DNA of 64,000 nt, taken from NCBI GenBank assembly GCA_950097015.1, contig CATNEN010000008.1, positions 558,001 through 622,000 on the forward strand, read 5' to 3'. The DNA is from Macrostomum hystrix. Lineage: Eukaryota > Animalia > Platyhelminthes. Below the pieces are notes generated by a model, which worked only from the letters and a program-made list of their open reading frames with translations, searched no databases and had not been told where the DNA came from. This document shows positions 56,401 through 64,000 of this stretch, one piece after another (the stretch's first letter is position 1; each line of letters begins with the position of its first letter). Made by a program: the position numbers and the translations under genes.

Positions 56401-59400
56401 GCATAGGAGACAGGGATGAGATAAAATATCGGGGTGAGAATTAGGGTGAGACGAAGAGACAAGGCGAGACAATAAAGACAAGGTGAGACAATTAAAGACA
56501 AGGTGGGACAATTAAAGACAGGGTGGGACAATTAAAGACAGGGTGAGTCAATTAGAGACAGGATGAGACAATTAGAGACAGGATGAGTCAATTAGAGACA
56601 GGGTGAGACAATTAGAGACAGGGTGAGTCAATTAGAGACAGGGTGAGTCAATTAGAGACAGGGTGAGACAATTAGAGACAGGGTGAGACAATTAGAGAGA
56701 GGGTGAGACAATTAAAGACAGGGTGAGACAATTAGAGACAGGATGAGTCAATTAGAGACAGGGTGAGTCAATTAGAGACAGGGTGAGACAATTAAAGACA
56801 GGATGAGTCAATTAGAGACAGGGTGAGACAACTAGAGAGAGGGTGAGACAATTAAAGACAGGGTGAGACAATTAAAGACAGGATGAGACAATTAGAGACA
56901 GGATGAGTCAATTAGAGACAGGGTGAGACAATTAGAGACAGGGTGAGTCAATTAGAGACAGGGTGAGTCAATTAGAGACAGGGTGAGACAATTAAAGACA
57001 GGGTGAGGCAATTAGAGACAGGGTGAGTCAATTAGAGACAGGGTGAGTCAATTAGAGACAGGGTGAGACAATTAAAGACAGGATGAGTCAATTAGAGACA
57101 GGGTGAGACAATTAGAGACAGGGTGAGACAACTAGAGAGAGGGTGAGACAATTAAAGACAGGGTGAGACAATTAAAGACAGGATGAGACAATTAGAGACA
57201 GGATGAGTCAATTAGAGACAGGGTGAGACAATTAGAGAGAGGGTGAGTCAATTAGAGACAGGGTGAGTCAATTAGAGACAGGGTGAGACAATTAAAGACA
57301 GGATGAGTCAATTAGAGACAGGGTGGGACAATTAGAGACAGGGTGAGACAATTAGAGACAGGGTGGGACAATTAAAGACAGGGTGGGACAATTAGAGACA
57401 GGGTGAGACAATTAGAGACAGGGTGGGACAATTAGAGACAGGGTGAGACAATTAGAGACAGGGTGGGACAATTAGAGACAGGGTGAGACAATTAGAGACA
57501 GGGTGAGACAATTAGAGACAGGGTGAGACAAGAAAGACAGGGTGAGACAATTAGAGACAGGGTGAGACAATTGGAGACAGGGTGAGAAAAGCAAGGAGGT
57601 AGGAGAGACAGGGTAGCAAGTAAACTAAAAAACAAATATACATGCTGCAAACTTAATCTACAATATTTATTATGAAGTAGATTATTATATAAAGGTAGTG
57701 GGTAAAAGTACTCACTTAAACTCGGAGCTAAGCGAGAAGACGCGGAATAGTTCAATTTCGCTAAGCGTCTTCTTCATCAGCTGATTATAAGTGTGCATAG
57801 ACTCGTGGGTGCAATAATAGTGCGAGGCGATGCGGCCCAGCTCGGTACTCTGGAGTAGGCCGGAGCGCTTATCGTAGCGAACCAATCCGCTGCGTTCCAG
57901 ACAGACGGCTGCCGTGTGAGACAGATCGCGCAGACGCTGTTCAAGAGTTTCATCCGGAGACACGCCGTACAATGCGGGATTCTCAGCCATGCGTACGTAC
58001 AGATAGGTGTACATCAGCCATTGGATAGCGTCCGCGATGCTGCAAACGCTGCCAAGTACTACTTCGGCGTTGAGATTGTCGGCTAAGCGTGAGATCATGT
58101 GACTCTCAATTGGCAACTGTTGGTTCATGAGTGACAGGTAATATTGCAGCTCGCTGTGGTTGGTGATGAGGACGCCAACGCCAAGGGTGTCGTATTGAAT
58201 GCGGCCGGCGCGACCAAGCATCTGCATGATGTCTAGCGGGCTTAACTCGGTCCAGCGGCCCTTCTCGGGACTGTAGATCTGCGTGCCCTTGATGATGACA
58301 GTGTGAGCAGGCAGGTTGACACCCCAGGCTAGGGTGGCGGTGGACACAAGCACCTGAACAGTTAGAAAATATGTCAAACGATTACGTCATTTGATAAGTG
58401 CACGAATATGAAATCATGTACTTTTGCCAGAAATCTACCAACCTGAATGTGCCTGTCAGCAAACAGATCTTCGACTAGGGTTCGATCTACTCTGGTCATA
58501 CCGGCGTGATGAATAGCGAAGCCGTAGGGTAGCAGATCCTTCAACTCGAGATTCTTCACCTCGGCTGCTTCGGTTCGCAGCACCTCGGTGGATAGGGAGC
58601 CGGCCTTCAGGAATAGGCCTAAGGTGTCCTTTTCTAGACAGAGATCGCGCACGGCCCTGGCTGTTTTGCCTGTCTCCTTGCGACTGTGAACAAAGACTAG
58701 CACCTGATTCTTGCCAGCGTGCTCCATTACCTTGTCGTACACAACCTGTTCAGGGCAATTTAGCAAAATAGTTCACATAAGATCATAAAGCAGACAGTTT
58801 GAGTTCGGAGTCCTAATTCAGAGTCCTGTATGAGAGTTTAGAGTTTAAGGGCTTGAAGCCAAGCGATTAGAATGTCGGAATCACGACTTGAAGGTCGAGG
58901 GTTCGATTCCCGACTCCACTGGAACAGTTTGTACCCTTTAGAGCAAGACACTAAACTCTGCAGTGCCTCAGTTCACCCAGCTGTTAAAAGTTAAATGGGT
59001 GCCCGCATTTATTATTCATTGGGGTGCGATTCGAACTCCCGACCTCTCTGTCAGAAGTCCAAAAGCTCTAACTACTGGACTACAATCTCCTTGAATGAAG
59101 ATCCCCTGAACGGAAGGAAAGGGTAGAAACAGTCCTCATAACAATTTGTAGACAGAAGCGAAAATCCCGAGCCAGATGTCGAGTCGCAAACCTGATTCAT
59201 AACAGCGAATCTTTTAATAGCCTTCTTCTCCGTAACGCCAATGTACTGCTGCTCCAACGGTACAGGCCTGTAGGTGCTATCGAAATAGTGCAGGCCAGTT
59301 TTGACATTGACACGCAGGAAGCTGGCTACGCTAGCATAGTTTGGCAGGGTGGCACTCAGGCCAACAATGCGGACATTCTCCTGGGTGGACTCGGCGTTGC

Positions 59401-61672
59401 GCAGGATTCTGGCTACCACAGCTTCCAGAACCGGGCCGCGCTCATCGTGCAGCATGTGCACCTCGTCTAGAATGATAAGCTTAACTAGCTGAGTGTAGGT
59501 TCTCTCGCCGCCTTTACGAGTGACAATGTCGAACTTTTCCGGAGTGCAAACAATGAGCTGAGTGTTGGCAATCTCCTCTTTGGTTAGCTGATGATCTCCG
59601 GTCAGTTCGTCCACTGTGAGGCCGAAACAGGCTAGGCGCTGACGGAAATTGCCCACCATTTCCTGAAGCGGTGTTTTGGGGCTCAGCACATTGATAGACG
59701 ATCGTTTTATTTTTGTTTATTTTTTAGACCAATTTATCTATATTCAGAACATCTCTACTCTCTATCCTGATCATCTCTACTCTCTATCCTGAACATCTCT
59801 ACTCTCTATCCTGATCATCTCTACTCTCTATCATGAACATCTCTACTCTCTACCCTGATCATCTCTACTCTCTATTCTGAACATCTCTACTCTCTATCCT
59901 GATCATCTGTACTCTCTATCCTGAACATCTCTACTCTCTATCCTGAACATCTCTACTCTCTATCTTGATCATGTCTACTATCTATCCTGAACATTTCTAC
60001 TCTTTATCCTGATAATCTCTACTCTCTATCCTGAACATCTCTACTCTCTATCCTGATCATCTCTACTCTCTATCCTGAACATCTCTACTCTCTATCTTGA
60101 TCATGCTCTACTCTCTATCATGAACATCTCTACTTTCTATCCTGAACATCTCTACTTCTATCCTGATCATCTCTACTTTCTATCCTGAACATCTCTACTC
60201 TCTATCCTGAACATCTCACTCTCTATCCTGATCATCTCTACTCTCTATCCTGAACATCTCTACTCTCTATCCTGAACATCTCTACTCTCTATCCTGAACA
60301 TCTCTACTCTCTATCCTGAACATCTCTACTCTCTATCCTGAACATCTCTACTCTCTATCCTGAACATCTCTACTCTCTATCTTGATCATGTCTACTCTCT
60401 ATCCTGAACATCTCTACTCTCTATCCTGAACATCTCTACTCTCTATCCTGAACATCTCTACTCTCTATCCTGAACATCTCTACTCTCTATCCTGAACATC
60501 TCTACTCTCTATCCTGAACATCTCTACTCTCTATCCTGAACATCTCTACTCTCTATCCTGATCATCTCTACTCTCTATCCTGATCATCTCTACTCTCTAT
60601 CCTGAACATCTCTACTCTCTATCCTGAACATCTCTACTCTCTATCCTGAACATCTCTACTCTCTATCCTGAACATCTCTACTTTCTATCCTGAACATCTC
60701 TACTTTCTATCCTGAACATCTCTACTCTCTATCCTGAACATCTCTACTCTCTATCCTGATCATCTCTACTCTCTATCCTGAACATCTCTACTCTCTATCC
60801 TGAACATCTCTACTCTATATTCTGAATTTTTTTCATAGATTTCATCTACTAACATTCCAAGCTTCCTTAGCAATATTTTCTGACGAGAGATCCAAAGTAA
60901 TTTTAGTTATTTTCTCCCTGTCCGATTGTGAACTTGCTCCCTTACCTGAGCCAGCGAGCGCATAGGTGCAATGTAAACAATCTTGAAATCGGCCTTAGCA
61001 ACCGCATTCTCAGCGTCAGGCGCCGCATCCGGATCCCTGTATTGGCCAATGGTGCGCAGCATAGCTAGCAGGGCGCAGATTGTTTTGCCAGAGCCGGTAG
61101 GAGCGCAGAGTAGCATATTTTCATCCGAGTCCATAGCCGTTTTCATAATGCGACTCTGGACCCGATTCAGAGCCGACACGCTGCTAGGAAATGCCGGCTG
61201 GCACCACGCTGGCAGGCTGGAAATCTTCACCAGATTTTCGCCTTCTTCAAACGGCTTCGGCTTCGGTGCTGGCACGTGCACCTCCTCGTAGCCGGAGCCC
61301 TGCTTGCGAAAACTGCCATCAGGCAGCTGGCAGCGCTTATTAGCCATCAGGTGAGAGCCCTGGGTGAATGCCAGATCTTCCAGGTCCAGATCCTTCGCTT
61401 GGACTCCGCCAGCTGGGCCAACGGCTGCCGCGTCTTCGGCTAGCTGCTGCTGCTGCTGCTGCTGCTCTCTGGCAGCCGAAGCAACTGCGGCTGCGGCGGC
61501 GGCTGAATTAGACGAAGAGGCATCCGCGACCGCGTCGTCTGTGCTATCGGCGCTGCGCAATTGGCGCAGGATTGGCGCCAATTTAGGATCGGCGCGCATG
61601 CGGGCCTCGATGGCCGAACGCTCGGAGCGGGACTGGGCCTGGGCCAGCAGGGTGCAGTGCAGCACCATTTGC
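49890..61672 (-). CDS. SNRNP200: U5 snRNP 200 kDa helicase (Brr2), multi-exon, N-terminus outside window
   Basis: 11 phase-consistent exons encode tandem Ski2-like helicase cassettes ([27 protein letters not shown] in the first) and two Sec63 units ending REEGWWLVV...[15 protein letters not shown]. Confidence 0.97.
50521..50735. repeat. 24-bp tandem repeat, about 9 copies, in last SNRNP200 intron
   Basis: (CAGTGGGCCAATCAG[C/T]GAACAGA[C/T])n. Confidence 0.94.
50790..51391 (-). CDS. SNRNP200: SNRNP200 exon (Sec63-2)
   Basis: ttcag|GGT GTG; [16 protein letters not shown]...[13 protein letters not shown]...LKQLPHF...DKC AA|gtgagt. Confidence 0.95.
51470..51830. repeat. 32-bp tandem repeat, about 11 copies
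   Basis: (GATTCTGGTGATCGATCCAGCTAATCCTCATT)n. Confidence 0.93.
51927..52165 (-). CDS. SNRNP200: SNRNP200 exon (C-cassette winged helix)
   Basis: cccag|GC AAG; [62 protein letters not shown]|gtgcgc; missed by the ORF track. Confidence 0.94.
52363..53309 (-). CDS. SNRNP200: SNRNP200 exon (C-cassette RecA domains)
   Basis: acacag|G CAA GAA; [15 protein letters not shown]...[15 protein letters not shown]...[13 protein letters not shown]|gtaagt. Confidence 0.94.
53430..53680. mobile_element. MITE-like family copy in SNRNP200 intron
   Basis: TATTTTAAATACCCAC ... GTGGGTAT inverted ends; interior aligns by eye with 33432-33722. Confidence 0.6.
53738..53932 (-). CDS. SNRNP200: SNRNP200 exon (C-cassette Q motif/motif I)
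   Basis: ttcag|G TAC GAG; [13 protein letters not shown]...[16 protein letters not shown]...VYVVA AG|gtaaga. Confidence 0.93.
   Translation of the reverse strand, partial: VRVSLRWHFILQRHPDAGVQLVVQLRRECSCSGSARQRQICLRRVCSVAPLLSQSKWSLRLCRC
54245..54532. mobile_element. Fold-back MITE-like element
   Basis: Long imperfect inverted arms (TTTTTGTTGCGCATCTTCTGAAACAAGAATCAAGTCGCCAGCCCTTC / GAAGGGTTGGCGACTTGATTATTGTTTCAGAAAATGCGCAACAAAAA); related half-copy at about 10880-11040. Confidence 0.72.
54589..55121 (-). CDS. SNRNP200: SNRNP200 exon (Sec63-1 to inter-cassette linker)
   Basis: cgcag|GTG ATT; ITPDFQWD...[12 protein letters not shown]...[22 protein letters not shown]|gtgagt. Confidence 0.95.
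55295..55890. repeat. 43-bp tandem repeat, about 13 copies
   Basis: (GAGGATCAGGACGGATTTCGGGGTCTAAAATAGGGATTAGCGT)n. Confidence 0.94.
55985..56324 (-). CDS. SNRNP200: SNRNP200 exon (Sec63-1)
   Basis: ttgcag|G TAC ATA; [22 protein letters not shown]...[10 protein letters not shown]|gtaagt. Confidence 0.95.
56455..57588. repeat. 20-bp minisatellite, about 55 copies
   Basis: (GAGACAATTAGAGACAGGGT)n. Confidence 0.96.
57716..58353 (-). CDS. SNRNP200: SNRNP200 exon (motifs V-VI, winged helix)
   Basis: ttcag|GTG CTT; [17 protein letters not shown]...QMLGRAGR...LSSEF AA|gtgagt. Confidence 0.95.
58443..58745 (-). CDS. SNRNP200: SNRNP200 exon (motif IV region)
   Basis: aacag|GTT GTG; [17 protein letters not shown]...[26 protein letters not shown]|gttggt. 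Confidence 0.95.
58855..59004 (+). mobile_element. SINE family 2 (CORE-like) copy in SNRNP200 intron
   Basis: GTCGGAATCACGACTTGAAGGTCGAGGGTTCGATTCCC head + GAGCAAGACACTAAACTCTGCAGTGCCTCAGTTCACCCAGCTGT...AAATGGG. Confidence 0.68.
59192..59662 (-). CDS. SNRNP200: SNRNP200 exon (motifs Ia-III)
   Basis: ttcag|GAA ATG; ELTGDHQL...[18 protein letters not shown]...LSATLPNY...RFAVMNQ|gtttgc. Confidence 0.95.
59745..60825. repeat. 22-bp minisatellite, about 48 copies
   Basis: (GAACATCTCTACTCTCTATCCT)n. Confidence 0.96.
60946..61672 (-). CDS. SNRNP200: SNRNP200 exon (plug/N-linker to motif I)
   Basis: cgcag|G CAA ATG; [31 protein letters not shown]...CAPTGSGKT...[10 protein letters not shown]|gtaagg. 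Confidence 0.93.
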
Positions 61673-61794
61673 CTGCGAGTGGGCGGCCAACAGTCTGCTT
61701 AAACAGCTGCTTACCTTACACCAACCTGCGACCCACAATACTCCAACATCCGGTCCTTCTGGCTCCTTTGAACACCTACTCTCCCGTGTCACAT

Positions 61795-64000
61795 TTTTCT
61801 GATGTCTTCGTTTCTCCCGCCTCTCATATCTCTAGAGTCTTATCTCTCCAATCTACTATGTCTAATCTCTCCAGTGTCTCATCTCTCACATCTACTATGT
61901 CTTATCTCTCCAGTGTCTCATCTCTCCCATCTACTATGTCTTATCTCTCCAGTGTCCTCATCTCTCCATCTACTATGTCTTATCTCTCCAGTGTCTCATC
62001 TCTCACATCTACTATGTCTTATCTCTCCAGTGTCTCATCTCTCACATCTACTATGTCTTATCTCTCCAGTGTCTCATCTCTCACATCTACTATGTATTAT
62101 CTCTCCAGTGTCTCATCTCTCCCATCTACTATGTATTATCTCTCCAGTGTCTCATCTCTCCCATCGACTATGTCTTATCTCTCCAGTGTCTCATCTCTCA
62201 CATCTACTATGTATTATCTCTCCAGTGTCTCATCTCTCACATCTACTATGTCTTATCTCTCCAGTGTCTCATCTCTCCCATCTACTATGTCTTATCTCTC
62301 CAGTGTCTCATCTCTCCCATCTACTATGTCTTATCTCTCCAGTGTCTCATCTCTCCCATCTACTATGTATTATCTCTCCAGTGTCTCATCTCTCACATCT
62401 ACTATGTCTTATCTCTCCAGTGTCTCATCTCTCACATCTACTATGTCTTATCTCTCCAGTGTCTCATCTCTCACATCTACTATGTCTTATCTCTCCAGTG
62501 TCTCATCTCTCACATCTACTATGTCTTATCTCTCCAGTGTCTCATCTCTCACATCTACTATGTCTTATCTCTCCAGTGTCTCATCTCTCCCATCTACTAT
62601 GTATTATCTCTCCAGTGTCTCATCTCTCACATCTACTATGTCTTATCTCTCCAGTGTCTCATCTCTCACATCTACTATGTCTTATCTCTCCAGTGTCTCA
62701 TCTCTCACATCTACTATGTCTTATCTCTCCAGTGTCTCATCTCTCACATCTACTATGTCTTATCTCTCCAGTGTCTCATCTCTCCCATCTACTATGTATT
62801 ATCTCTCCAGTGTCTCATCTCTCCCATCGACTATGTCTTATCTCTCCAGTGTCTCATCTCTCACATCTACTATGTATTATCTCTCCAGTGTCTCATCTCT
62901 CACATCTACTATGTCTTATCTCTCCAGTGTCTCATCTCTCCCATCTACTATGTCTTATCTCTCCAGTGTCTCATCTCTCCCATCTACTATGTCTTATCTC
63001 TCCAGTGTCTCATCTCTCCCATCTACTATGTATTATCTCTCCAGTGTCTCATCTCTCACATCTACTATGTCTTATCTCTCCAGTGTCTCATCTCTCACAT
63101 CTACTATGTCTTATCTCTCCAGTGTCTCATCTCTCACATCTACTATGTCTTATCTCTCCAGTGTCTCATCTCTCACATCTACTATGTCTTATCTCTCCAG
63201 TGTCTCATCTCTCCCATCTACTATATCAATTTATCTCTCCAGTGTCTCATCTCTCACATCTACTATGTCTTATCTCTCCAGTGTCTCATCTCTCCCATCT
63301 ACTATGTATTATCTCTCCAGTGTCTTATCTCTCCAATCTACTATGTCTTATCTCTCCAGTGTCTCATCTCTCCCATCTACTATGTATTATCTCTCCAGTG
63401 TCTTATCTCTCCAATCTACTATGTCTAATCTCTCCAGTGTCTAATCTCTCCAATCTACTATGTCTAATCTCTCCAGTGTCTCTTCACTCCCATCTACTAT
63501 GTCTTATCTCTCCAGTGTCTCATCTCTCCCATCTACTATGTATTATCTCTCCAGTGTCTCATCTCTCACATCTACTATGTATTATCTCTCCAGTGTCTTA
63601 TCTCTCCAATCTACTATGTCTAATCTCTCCAGTGTCTCTTCACTCCCATCTACCATGTCTTATCTCTCCAGTGTCTCATCTCTCCCATCTACTATGTATT
63701 ATCTCTCCAGTGTCTCATCTCTCACATCTACTATGTCTTATCTCTCCAGTGTCTCATCTCTCCAATCTACTATGTCTTAATCTCTCCAGTGTCTCATCTC
63801 TCCAATCTACTATGTCTTATCTCTCCAGTGTCTCATCTCTCACATCTACTATGTATTATCTCTCCAGTGTCTCATCTCTCACATCTACTATGTCTTATCT
63901 CTCCAGTGTCTCTTCACTCCAATGGCTTATCTCTCCAGTGTCTCATATCTACCATGTCTCATCTTCTCCGGTGTCTTATATCTACCATGTCTTATCTCTC
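61795..64000. repeat. 39-bp minisatellite, more than 50 copies, running off the window end
   Basis: (CTACTATGTCTTATCTCTCCAGTGTCTCATCTCTCACAT)n; source of the spurious 627-aa ORF. Confidence 0.97.

Noticed and set aside
61561-63780. 627-aa Ser/Thr-rich ORF
   Set aside because: Product of a 39-bp tandem array inside a SNRNP200 intron on the opposite strand

Overview
This is eukaryotic (animal) genomic DNA containing two convergent, intron-rich genes. The style of the sequence (GC-rich coding exons with poly-Ala/poly-Gln runs, minisatellite-filled introns) suggests a free-living flatworm such as Macrostomum; this is inference and was not verified. On the + strand is an L-type voltage-gated calcium channel alpha-1 subunit (Cav1; EEEE filter, AID, IQ and PCRD motifs). 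It is 5'-incomplete, runs from domain IS1 at 257 to a stop at 42575, and I could chain it by hand as 34 exon positions with consistent phases. On the - strand is the spliceosomal helicase SNRNP200/Brr2, also 5'-incomplete, with 11 exons from 61672 to the stop at 49890. The most striking structure is hidden alternative splicing in Cav1. There are two duplicated exon pairs that must be mutually exclusive: two 107-nt IIIS3 exons (10556-10662 / 12246-12352), and two exons encoding the domain IV outer-pore turret plus the first half of IVS6 (20377-20582 / 20697-20836). The latter pair differ in loop length and at a dihydropyridine-site residue (Met vs Val), and the intron between them has a branch-point layout typical of steric exclusion. 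Candidate micro-exons lie in the I-II loop and the IVS3-S4 linker, and there is one GC-AG intron. Introns hold about 15 mostly unrelated minisatellite arrays, two tRNA-derived SINE families, MITE-like elements, a decayed LINE RT and a perfect 49-bp palindrome. All exon boundaries are manual inferences without transcript data.
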